From positions 65,874 through 129,873 of the forward strand of contig JAFQDC010000072.1 of assembly GCA_017416205.1 (NCBI GenBank): a stretch of 64,000 nucleotides of DNA, given 5' to 3'. This document shows, piece by piece, positions 42,683-50,479 of this stretch (its first letter is position 1; each line of letters opens with the position of its first letter). Origin of the DNA: Clostridia bacterium (lineage in GTDB: Bacteria; Bacillota; Clostridia; Oscillospirales; CAG-272). The notes under the pieces are model-generated. The model searched no databases and was not told where the DNA came from. It saw only the letters and a program-made list of their open reading frames with translations. Position numbers and translations under genes: made by a program.

Positions 42683-43692
42683 TAATATCGGGGCTTTTCG
42701 ATGAAGCCGATCTTGCGGCGGACCTTGGACATTGTTTTGAGTGAGTCGTGATGTGCTTCGGATGCTCCCTTGAGCATGACCTCTTCAAGATACTTCTTGT
42801 CCTGAACGAGGCGCTTGAACTCAGCCTGAACGGGAGCAAGAGAGTCAGCGCAGGCTTCGCCTACTGCAAGCTTGAACTCGCCGTAGCCGCGTCCCTCAAA
42901 TTCTCTTTCGATCTCCTCAAAGGTCTTGCCTGTAAAGGCGCCGTAGATGGACATAAGGTTGATGATGCCGTCCTTGCCCTCGCGAGCGCAGATCTCGGTC
43001 TCTGAGTCTGTAACGGCTCTCTTGAACTTCTTGATGATAACGTCGCGCTCGTCGAGGATTCGAACTGTTGCGTTTTCGTTTTCATCGGATTTTGACATCT
43101 TCTTTGTAGGCTCTGCAAGGCTCATGATACGTGCCGCGGGAGTCTTGTTGATGAAGGGCTCGGGAACGATGAAGGTGTCGCCGTAGACCTGATTGAAGCG
43201 GGTGGCAACGTCCCGTGCAAGCTCAAGGTGCTGCTTCTGGTCGTGACCTACGGGAACCATCTCCGTCTGATAGAGAAGGATGTCCGCCGCCATAAGGGCA
43301 GGGTAGGTAAAGAGACCTGCATTGATGTTGTCCTCGTTCTTGCGGCTCTTGTCCTTGAACTGAGTCATTCTTGAAAGCTCGCCGAACATAGTGTAGCAGT
43401 CAAGTATCCAGCCAAGCTCTGCGTGGCCGGAAACGTGGCTCTGAACGAAAAGAACGTTCTTTTCGGGGTCAAGACCTGCGGCGATGTAAAGAGCCAGTGT
43501 CTCGTATGTTCTGCGGCGAAGCTCTGCGGGATTCTGACGAACTGTGATAGCGTGCTCGTCAACAACGCAGTAATAGCAACGGTACTCCTCAGAAAACTCC
43601 TTGAAGTTTTTGAGAGCGCCGAGATAATTTCCTATTGTAAGCTGTCCGGAGGGCTGGATTCCGGAAAATACAACCTTTTTATCCTTATACAT
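42682..43692 (-). CDS. trpS: tryptophan--tRNA ligase
   Basis: It is class I, with GIQPSGQLTIGNYLGA (HIGH region) and KMSKS. Confidence 0.9.
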   Translation of the reverse strand: MYKDKKVVFSGIQPSGQLTIGNYLGALKNFKEFSEEYRCYYCVVDEHAITVRQNPAELRRRTYETLALYIAAGLDPEKNVLFVQSHVSGHAELGWILDCYTMFGELSRMTQFKDKSRKNEDNINAGLFTYPALMAADILLYQTEMVPVGHDQKQHLELARDVATRFNQVYGDTFIVPEPFINKTPAARIMSLAEPTKKMSKSDENENATVRILDERDVIIKKFKRAVTDSETEICAREGKDGIINLMSIYGAFTGKTFEEIEREFEGRGYGEFKLAVGEACADSLAPVQAEFKRLVQDKKYLEEVMLKGASEAHHDSLKTMSKVRRKIGFIEKPRY

Positions 43693-43795
43693 TTTATACC
43701 TCTTGGTGGAAAAAACTAATTCTCATATTATTATATTATATTAATTCTTCCCCGTCAAGGACTTTTGAAAACCAAAAGAGAAAAAACAGCCACAG

Positions 43796-44011
43796 TTACT
43801 TGCGGCTGTCCTTTATGAGATTGATTATGTGGATCAGAAGCAGGATCAACGAATATATAAAATCAAGAGCAATACCTATGAGCAGTCCGCCGAGTATTTC
43901 CTCAAGTTTCTCTCCCTGTGCTGCTTCGAATAATAAAAAGCAAGCTATGCACAGCGCAGGTATAATGAAGTATAGCGCGATAGGGATAATGATCCTTAAT
44001 GCTTTTTTCAT
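43796..44011 (-). CDS. hypothetical small membrane protein (71 aa, 2 TM helices)
   Basis: There are two hydrophobic helices in an AT-rich gene. The hairpin CAGCCGCAagtaacTGTGGCTG plus a T-run overlaps its stop. Confidence 0.45.
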   Translation of the reverse strand: MKKALRIIIPIALYFIIPALCIACFLLFEAAQGEKLEEILGGLLIGIALDFIYSLILLLIHIINLIKDSRK

Positions 44012-44024
44012 ATCGTTTCCTTTC

Positions 44025-44447
44025 TTAAACTAACATAAATCCAATTTCCATTATGATAAACAGGGTGAGAGGAACAAACTGCACACAAAAGCTGAGAACA
44101 GAGTGGCCTGATCTTCTGAAACGGATGCTGAATGCTATGGAGAGCATTGAAACAATGGGAAGGGAAATACCCAAATTAACCAGAGTTGTAAGGCTAGCTA
44201 CTGCCCCTGCAGGAGGATTATCAAACGCAAAAATGCTGAAAAATCCTATCATGGATATGGGAATATAAAGCAGAGCAAGAATAACATTCGTTACGATGCC
44301 TGCGCGGTCAAGCTTGGAATAATGCTCGTTCTTTTTTGGTCCCCTAAGAATAAAAACGGTAAACACTATGGTGAGAACAAATATTACGGGAACTAAAAAT
44401 ACAGTGGGGGAGAAAGCCATAATATACCTCTTTGTTTTTTTCTTCAT
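44025..44447 (-). CDS. hypothetical membrane protein (140 aa, 4 TM helices)
   Basis: It is hydrophobic throughout and AT-rich. I recognise no family. Confidence 0.5.
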   Translation of the reverse strand: MKKKTKRYIMAFSPTVFLVPVIFVLTIVFTVFILRGPKKNEHYSKLDRAGIVTNVILALLYIPISMIGFFSIFAFDNPPAGAVASLTTLVNLGISLPIVSMLSIAFSIRFRRSGHSVLSFCVQFVPLTLFIIMEIGFMLV

Positions 44448-44520
44448 TATAATTCATAATTCGTTTTTTTGTCAACTGTTTTTTCCATGAAAGAGGACCG
44501 CATAATAGATAACGGATAGA

Positions 44521-44557
44521 AGAAATAAAAATCACCCCCACCGACGAGGTGGGGGTG
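44521..44557 (-). terminator. strong intrinsic terminator ending the long minus-strand gene train
   Basis: A 10-bp GC-rich stem CACCCCCACCtcgtcGGTGGGGGTG on the minus strand is followed by ATTTTTATTTCT, 20 nt after the stop at 44577. Confidence 0.8.
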
Positions 44558-44576
44558 TAGTGTTGAAAGAGAAAAA

Positions 44577-46760
44577 TTACTTGGAGGTCATTCTTCTCTT
44601 TCTGATGATTATAACTGTTGCCATACCGCAAAGTGCGATCATAGCTGCGATCATAACGATCACGAAGTTATCGCCTGTAGCAGAGGAGCCGCCGTTAAGG
44701 TTAACGTCGGAGCCGTTAGTGTTGCCGCCGTTGTTGTTGTCAGCGTTGCCGCCGCCGATAATGTTGCCTGCTTCACCCTCAAGGTAGTAGCAAGCGAACA
44801 TCCAGCAGTCTTCAAGGTCGCCGCCAACCCAAACGGAGTCTCCGTACCAACCGAGGCTTGTTCCTGCCTTCTTGAATACAGCGATAAGGTCGTCGGTAAG
44901 GGGATAGAGGCCTGTTTCCTCGTCCATGCACTCGAGGTATTCGATCATAGCGATAGTGAAGTCGTATACCTTAACAACCTCGTCGCCCTCGTAGATAAGC
45001 TCCTTGAGCTGACCGTAGCTGTTTGCAGCCTCGAGAGACATGAGTGTGTCGTTGAGATCTGCATAGAGGATGGGGCCGTCAGCGCTGTTGAGGTGGTAAT
45101 AGCCGTCCTCGCCGAGAACTGCTGTATCTACTGCAGCATCGAATGTATCAACGTAGAGAAGATCGTCAGCATTGCCTGTGAAGTCAAATGCCTCGGGCTT
45201 CTTTGCATTTTCGTGATATTCGCGGGGGATCTCCTTGATCACAACCTCTTCATAGTCAACTGTTACGTTTGCAGTTCCGTCAAGTGTGAGAACTGCAACC
45301 CAGATAGACTGACCAACTCCTGTGCAGAGCCACTCGAAGGAGTTTTCTGTAACAACTCCCTCGGAGATATAGTCGCCACTTTCGCCTACGTTCACCCACA
45401 TACCGTTGGTGCTTACGAGACCGATAAGGCCGTTTGCGCATGTGAATGTATACTTACCTGTGTTTTCAGGCTCGAATGTGTAGAGAGTATAGGGATAGAA
45501 GGGATCTACGGGATAATCGTTAGTACCGAGAACGAGATATCCGTCGTTATGAATGAAGTTGCACTCGGGAGTTTCGTCGCCGCTGCCGCCTTCGTCACCA
45601 CCGATGTCGCCGCCGCCGATGTCATCACCGCCGCCTTCACCGTTCTCTCCTGCAACGAAGCTGAGAGTCCAGTTAACTGTTCCCGCGGGATTTGCCCACA
45701 TATTAGCGGGATCATAGGTTGCAACGAAGATAGTGAGAACGTCGCCGGGCATTACGCCGATCTCCTCAGAGGAAACAACGGGATCGTCATCAGACCAGTG
45801 CATATCGCCGTAAATATATCCGCCGTCAGCCTTTTCTCCGTTGATGCTATACTGCCAGCCGGAGGCATCGTTCATAGTAATAGTAGCGGTGCCTTCTTCT
45901 GTAGCTGTCCACTTATAGTAGTGTCCCTGGTTGCCCTCTTCAAGAGAAGCGGAATGATCGCCTGCCTCGATATTTTCGGGAGCACCCATGGAGCCAACGC
46001 CAGCAAAGCTAACGCTTATGTTTGCAGTACCCTCGGGATTTGCCCACATATTTTCGGGGTTATAGGTTGCAACAAAGATCTGAAGCTCATCGCCTGCAGA
46101 TACTGCAACTTCTTCGTAATACACAGGCTCTGCATCGTCGCTGTAGTTATAGTTGCCGTATGAGCCCTTTGTAAGGTTGTTTACAAAATAGAGCCAGCCA
46201 ACATCGTTATAGTCAGCATCGTAAGCACCTGCACCGATCATAAATACACCGTCAGCGGGAGCTATGAGGGAGTACCAATGACCCTCGTTGCCGGCTTCGA
46301 GAGCTGCCTCAACATATGCTCCGAGAGCGCCGCCGTAGGGGTTTACCTGAAGCTCGATAACCTCAGGGTTATCCATTGTACCGTACTGGATATCACCGCC
46401 GCCTGTAAGTGTGAGCTTAATGGTGAGAGCCTCTGTATCGTTATTCTGGATCTGGAATGTGTCAGCACCTGTAACCATGGTAAGCTCTGTTGCTGCATTA
46501 TATGTCTGTCTGCAGTACCAGAAGAAGTAGTTCTGGCTTGATGCCTCGACTACATTTGCTACGGAGCCGTTGCAGTTGTTTACTTTAACGTATACGCCGC
46601 TTTCTGCGGGAACGTTAACGGTTATAGCTTCTGTTGCTGTATTATCCAACAGATAGGGATTTTCGTATGTACCGAGAGCAGCGTCCTCAGCAAATACGAC
46701 AACTGATATTGTTGAAGCAAGAACTGCCAATACCAGAAGGATGCTTAAAACCTTTTTCAT
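44577..46760 (-). CDS. surface protein (727 aa): signal peptide, tandem beta-sandwich modules, Cys-pair YYH...CYY module, Gly/Asn linker and C-terminal TM anchor
   Basis: It has the signal peptide MKKVLSILLVLAVLAS...FAED and an internal duplication (GDELQIFVATYNPENMWANPEGTANISVSF vs GDVLTIFVATYDPANMWANPAGTVNWTLSF). The C-terminus is FVIVMIAAMIALCGMATVIIIRKRR, with no LPXTG. The RBS is AAGGAG. Confidence 0.7.
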   Translation of the reverse strand: MKKVLSILLVLAVLASTISVVVFAEDAALGTYENPYLLDNTATEAITVNVPAESGVYVKVNNCNGSVANVVEASSQNYFFWYCRQTYNAATELTMVTGADTFQIQNNDTEALTIKLTLTGGGDIQYGTMDNPEVIELQVNPYGGALGAYVEAALEAGNEGHWYSLIAPADGVFMIGAGAYDADYNDVGWLYFVNNLTKGSYGNYNYSDDAEPVYYEEVAVSAGDELQIFVATYNPENMWANPEGTANISVSFAGVGSMGAPENIEAGDHSASLEEGNQGHYYKWTATEEGTATITMNDASGWQYSINGEKADGGYIYGDMHWSDDDPVVSSEEIGVMPGDVLTIFVATYDPANMWANPAGTVNWTLSFVAGENGEGGGDDIGGGDIGGDEGGSGDETPECNFIHNDGYLVLGTNDYPVDPFYPYTLYTFEPENTGKYTFTCANGLIGLVSTNGMWVNVGESGDYISEGVVTENSFEWLCTGVGQSIWVAVLTLDGTANVTVDYEEVVIKEIPREYHENAKKPEAFDFTGNADDLLYVDTFDAAVDTAVLGEDGYYHLNSADGPILYADLNDTLMSLEAANSYGQLKELIYEGDEVVKVYDFTIAMIEYLECMDEETGLYPLTDDLIAVFKKAGTSLGWYGDSVWVGGDLEDCWMFACYYLEGEAGNIIGGGNADNNNGGNTNGSDVNLNGGSSATGDNFVIVMIAAMIALCGMATVIIIRKRRMTSK

Positions 46761-46814
46761 GTTTTTCTCCTTAAGAACTATATGAATTAATTGCTTTCAA
46801 ACAATTACTCGGTT

Positions 46815-46843
46815 ATTGTAGCACAATAGAGTGCCGGTTGCAA
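46815..46843 (-). promoter_or_regulatory. candidate internal promoter (TTGCAA-17 nt-TACAAT with TG extension) in the only sizeable gap of the gene train
   Basis: The minus strand reads TTGCAAccggcactctattgTGcTACAAT, about 55 nt upstream of the ATG at 46760. Confidence 0.35.
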
Positions 46844-46861
46844 TAGAAAAATAAATTTAAA

Positions 46862-47902
46862 TTAAATGAATTTTCCTACCCAGGTCATATTGAGGGCAGG
46901 TCTGTTATTTCTTCTGTCAGGCTTTGCTCCCACATTAATAATGAGCTCATCGCCTGCATTGACCTGCATCTCTATGTATGCGCCGTTTGCATCTTCTGCA
47001 AGATCAGCTTCGCTTGTTCTCTGGGCGGAATTGCGGTTATTGGTGATCATCATAATGTAATCCGCATTCTTCTGAGTAACGTAGAAGCGTATCGTACCTG
47101 CTTTTTCTGCGTAGTACTTATAGAAGTAACCGTCATCGTCTCCTGCGGGAAGAGTGAGAGCAACGGGAGCGCCCATTTTTGTTACGAGCAGGGGATTTGA
47201 CTGTGTACCTGTAAGATTTGTAAACACGAGGGTAAAGGATGCTGCAGCGCCGCCTGTGTTACCGATCTCAAGAGTGATGAAATCACTTGCGAGAGCTGCG
47301 GGAGCTACAAATGCAACAACACCGTTCTGAGCGTTATAGCGAACGCCGTTGCAAACGACGTATGCTGCGGGGCTGTTAATTGTAACGTACATACCGCCTA
47401 TACGCTGAATGCTGTAGAAGAGGGACTTGCCCGCAGGAACCGCTACTGTTGTAACAGACATACTGTTTGTTCCTACGGTAGGGATCTCGAGATAGGGATT
47501 ATCCTTGGAGCCCTGACCCAGTATCTCCTCGCCTGAGGGATTGGTTACGGGAGCATCTGTAACAGGGGTGGTAACGGGATTCTGGTTAACTACAGGAGCG
47601 GTCGTATCGGGAGCGGTTGTTTCAGCCTCGGTGGTCTCAGCTTCTGTAGTTTCGGCCTCAGTGGTTTCTTCCTCTGTTGTGTCAGCCTCTGTAGTATCCT
47701 CGGCTGTCGTATCTTCCTCAGTAGTATCGTTCTGAACGATAGTTGTATCGTCGGGCTTATTGTCATCCTTATCGTTATCGTCAATGTTTCCGACAACGAT
47801 ACAGATCGCCACGATTATAGCAATTATAAGAACAAGAGCTATACCTGCAACAATAAGCAGTCTTTTATCAAGGGCTTTAAGCTTATCGAGCAAGGACTTC
47901 AT
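46862..47902 (-). CDS. N-terminally anchored surface protein (346 aa) with a Thr/Glu-rich linker and two beta-sandwich-like modules
   Basis: It has a TM anchor at aa 15-38, a (TTEAE)n linker and NPY/NPL-initiated modules resembling those of the 727-aa protein. Confidence 0.65.
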   Translation of the reverse strand: MKSLLDKLKALDKRLLIVAGIALVLIIAIIVAICIVVGNIDDNDKDDNKPDDTTIVQNDTTEEDTTAEDTTEADTTEEETTEAETTEAETTEAETTAPDTTAPVVNQNPVTTPVTDAPVTNPSGEEILGQGSKDNPYLEIPTVGTNSMSVTTVAVPAGKSLFYSIQRIGGMYVTINSPAAYVVCNGVRYNAQNGVVAFVAPAALASDFITLEIGNTGGAAASFTLVFTNLTGTQSNPLLVTKMGAPVALTLPAGDDDGYFYKYYAEKAGTIRFYVTQKNADYIMMITNNRNSAQRTSEADLAEDANGAYIEMQVNAGDELIINVGAKPDRRNNRPALNMTWVGKFI

Positions 47903-47904
47903 GA

Positions 47905-48324
47905 TCAGCCTACCTTTGAAATCTCGAGAGTGTACTCAGTTGCGCCTGCTTCAAGGTAGATCTCACGTGCGCCTGTGTATTCATAGCCTTCGGGACAGGA
48001 CATTACGGAGAGCTTGTGGCCTTCCTCAACTGCAACGTTGAAGAGAGCGATACCCTTATCATCGGATCTTGCGGGAACGCAAGCATCCTTGCAGATCTGA
48101 ACGATAACGCCGGGAACGACGTTGCCGTCACCGTCAACGATAGTTACCTTGAAGCTCTTTGCAGCCTCAGTTGTATCTGCAGCTGTTGTATCAGCGGGCT
48201 TTTTGTCTGCAACAGTTGTATCAGCTACAGTTGTGTCTTCTTCCTTGTTTCCGTTACAAGCGCAAAGGCCAAAGATCATGCAGCCAACGAGTATAAGAGC
48301 GAGAAGAATCTTAATGTTTTTCAT
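47905..48324 (-). CDS. small lipoprotein (139 aa) with a (ADTT)n linker and prealbumin/CarboxypepD_reg-like beta-sandwich
   Basis: It has the lipobox GLCAC. FKVTIVDGDGNVVPGVIVQICKD...SDDKGIALFNV matches the module that opens the three upstream genes. Confidence 0.65.
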   Translation of the reverse strand: MKNIKILLALILVGCMIFGLCACNGNKEEDTTVADTTVADKKPADTTAADTTEAAKSFKVTIVDGDGNVVPGVIVQICKDACVPARSDDKGIALFNVAVEEGHKLSVMSCPEGYEYTGAREIYLEAGATEYTLEISKVG

Positions 48325-48342
48325 AATAATCTTTCCTTTCAG

Positions 48343-49200
48343 TTAATGTTGATTATCGGGAATATCTTCGATATTTCTGATCGTAGTTTGAGTGTAGCTT
48401 TCAGATGTGAAGAATTCAAATATCCTTTCGAATACGCCTTCTTCTGTTACCATGCCCTTATGTATCATAGACACGGTGCCGTATCTGTCAATGACTACGG
48501 TGGTGGGATAGGCTGTGAGCTTCATAGCCTTTTCCCAGGCGATATCGGCCTTTGCCATAGGGAAGGTAAGACCGTTGCTTTTTGCAAACTCGGATATGCT
48601 TTGTTCCGTACCGTCAACGGGATTGAGGGCAACAAGCGCAATATCCTCGCTGTATTTGCAAAAAGCCTTTTCAAGATAGGGGAACTCGGTTTTACAGGGG
48701 CCGCAGTTCATAAACCAGAAGTTCAGAACAACTGCCTTTTTCGTTTCAAGAAGCTTTGAGAGGGTGTGCTTTTCGCCGTTACAGTCAGTCACTTCAAAGT
48801 CGAGAAAGACGCTGCCCAGGGAAAACACAGTATTATCAAGGCTTTCCTTTGGGAGAAGCTTTGCTTCAAGGATGATATCGGTGCTGTCGGAATCCACAGG
48901 ATAATGATCCTTTGCAGTATAACCGAGAGGGGATTCCTTGAGGGCAGCGTAGTAGGTGCCCTCAAGGGCTGTAAATGTAATTTTTCCGTCAGTGTCTGTA
49001 GTTGAAGCCCAGACAAGCTTTGAAAGATCTTCGTCCTCGAAAACGTTGATGACAACGCCTGCAAGAGGCATACCGCTGTCACCCGTAAGGGTAATGGTAT
49101 AGGGGATCCTTTCAGTTTTGTCCGAGTCCTTTGCGCATCCCGAAAAAGCAAGTCCGGAAAGCAAGAGGACAAGGAGGATTATAAAGCTGAGCTTTTTCAT
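48343..49200 (-). CDS. lipoprotein: CarboxypepD_reg-like beta-sandwich plus TlpA/ResA-like thioredoxin (CGPC)
   Basis: It has the lipobox AFSGC, YTITLTGDSGMPLAGVVINVF...TDTDGKITF, then VVLNFWFMNCGPCKTEFPYL...YPTTVVIDRYGTV, a typical thiol-disulfide oxidoreductase fold. Confidence 0.8.
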   Translation of the reverse strand: MKKLSFIILLVLLLSGLAFSGCAKDSDKTERIPYTITLTGDSGMPLAGVVINVFEDEDLSKLVWASTTDTDGKITFTALEGTYYAALKESPLGYTAKDHYPVDSDSTDIILEAKLLPKESLDNTVFSLGSVFLDFEVTDCNGEKHTLSKLLETKKAVVLNFWFMNCGPCKTEFPYLEKAFCKYSEDIALVALNPVDGTEQSISEFAKSNGLTFPMAKADIAWEKAMKLTAYPTTVVIDRYGTVSMIHKGMVTEEGVFERIFEFFTSESYTQTTIRNIEDIPDNQH

Positions 49201-49207
49201 GTCTTTA

Positions 49208-50455
49208 TCAGCCTGCGTAGCAGCACATAAGGAGCCACGCGATCTCTGTATTGATGGTAGAGTCGTTATTTCCGTCCATATCCTTGAAGATATAGCCGTG
49301 GCCGTCTATATCCCACCAGCCTGCATGGTCGCCGTGCTGCTGGATGATATACTTAAGATCCTCTGTGAGGGGGTAAACGCCTTCGTTCTCGTCAGCGCAT
49401 TCGATATACTTGGAAACGCAGTCCGTATAATTCTCACGCTTTACGAAATTCTCGTAGTCCTTGCCCTTACCGTCGTAGAAGTACTTAAGGATACCCTGCT
49501 TTTTGATGATGGTGCCGAAGCAGGCGATATAGTCGCAGTCCTCTGTGAGACGAACAAGAACAAGGGGGCCGTCCTCGCTTCCCAGGTGGTAGAACTCGTC
49601 ATTTTCGTTATAAACCAGCTTGTAAGTGTCGGTAGCGGCTGTAAGATCAAACTCCTTAAGCTCTGTTCCCTCGGGAAGAGTATAGATATCCATTTCGTGG
49701 GTAGCCTTGTATACCTCCCAAGGCTCATCCTCGATGGTCTTCTTGGGGTCGCCGAGGCGGTTGATGGCAAGAACGGTGTTTGCGGTCTTGTCGTCCTTTG
49801 AGTCGATACCGATAACGTAAGTGGCAGTACCGCCGTCGCCTGAGCCGATCATATCTGCTCTGACGGTGATGGTGAAGCTGTTATCCTTGATCTCGGCAGT
49901 ATTCTGAGTCTGAACGAAGTGAGGAGCGCCGTAGTAGCCTATCTCGACCTTTGCAGAGTCCTTGATGGAGAACTCATATTCGCCTGCCTGAGTGGGGGAG
50001 AAGAGAAAATAAGTTCTTGCGTTCTTTTCGAGAGTAACGTAGGAGCAGCCAACGGATACGGAATAAACGTCGTGCTCATTACCTTCAGCGTGAAGAACGG
50101 TGGTCTCTCCGACAGGAACATTAGCAAGGATAACGTCAGCTTCGGTTTCCTTTGCAGTTACCTTGGCTCCGCCCTCGTAATGGTAAGCCTCAGCGTTATC
50201 AGTAAAGCTGAGCTCAACGTCGTAGTCGCCCTTTGCCAGGACCTTTTCTGCAACGCCGTCCTTGTTAACAGCCTGCATAGCGACCTTTTCGCCGTTCTGC
50301 ATAAACTGAACGACGATACCGGTAGTATAAGGATTGCCGAGAGCATCCTTAACGCTTACCTTGTATGTTGCCTCGCCTCCTGCAGAGCAGGAAGCGAGGA
50401 GAAGTGCTGACAGAAGAAGGGTAGTTGCAAGAATGAGAGTAATAATTCTTTTCAT
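49208..50455 (-). CDS. lipoprotein (415 aa): CarboxypepD_reg-like module, beta-sandwich and Cys-pair YYH...CYY module
   Basis: It has the lipobox LLLASC, YKVSVKDALGNPYTTGIVVQF...NKDGVAEKV, and the C-terminal FYHLGSEDGPLVLVRL...YIECADENEGVYPLTEDL...IAWLLMCCYAG. Confidence 0.7.
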   Translation of the reverse strand: MKRIITLILATTLLLSALLLASCSAGGEATYKVSVKDALGNPYTTGIVVQFMQNGEKVAMQAVNKDGVAEKVLAKGDYDVELSFTDNAEAYHYEGGAKVTAKETEADVILANVPVGETTVLHAEGNEHDVYSVSVGCSYVTLEKNARTYFLFSPTQAGEYEFSIKDSAKVEIGYYGAPHFVQTQNTAEIKDNSFTITVRADMIGSGDGGTATYVIGIDSKDDKTANTVLAINRLGDPKKTIEDEPWEVYKATHEMDIYTLPEGTELKEFDLTAATDTYKLVYNENDEFYHLGSEDGPLVLVRLTEDCDYIACFGTIIKKQGILKYFYDGKGKDYENFVKRENYTDCVSKYIECADENEGVYPLTEDLKYIIQQHGDHAGWWDIDGHGYIFKDMDGNNDSTINTEIAWLLMCCYAG

Positions 50456-50479
50456 AATTTTAACCTCGATTCCAAAAAA

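Noticed and set aside
43693-43795. T-box leader upstream of trpS
   Set aside because: Only about 100 nt are available. I see no specifier hairpin or T-box sequence (AAnnnGGGTGGtACCGCG-like), and the region contains only the terminator of the upstream small gene.
45093-46163. 356-aa plus-strand ORF antisense to the 727-aa protein gene
   Set aside because: The reasoning is the same. The sense frame has a signal peptide, internal duplication and RBS, and the antisense product is compositionally odd with no start context.
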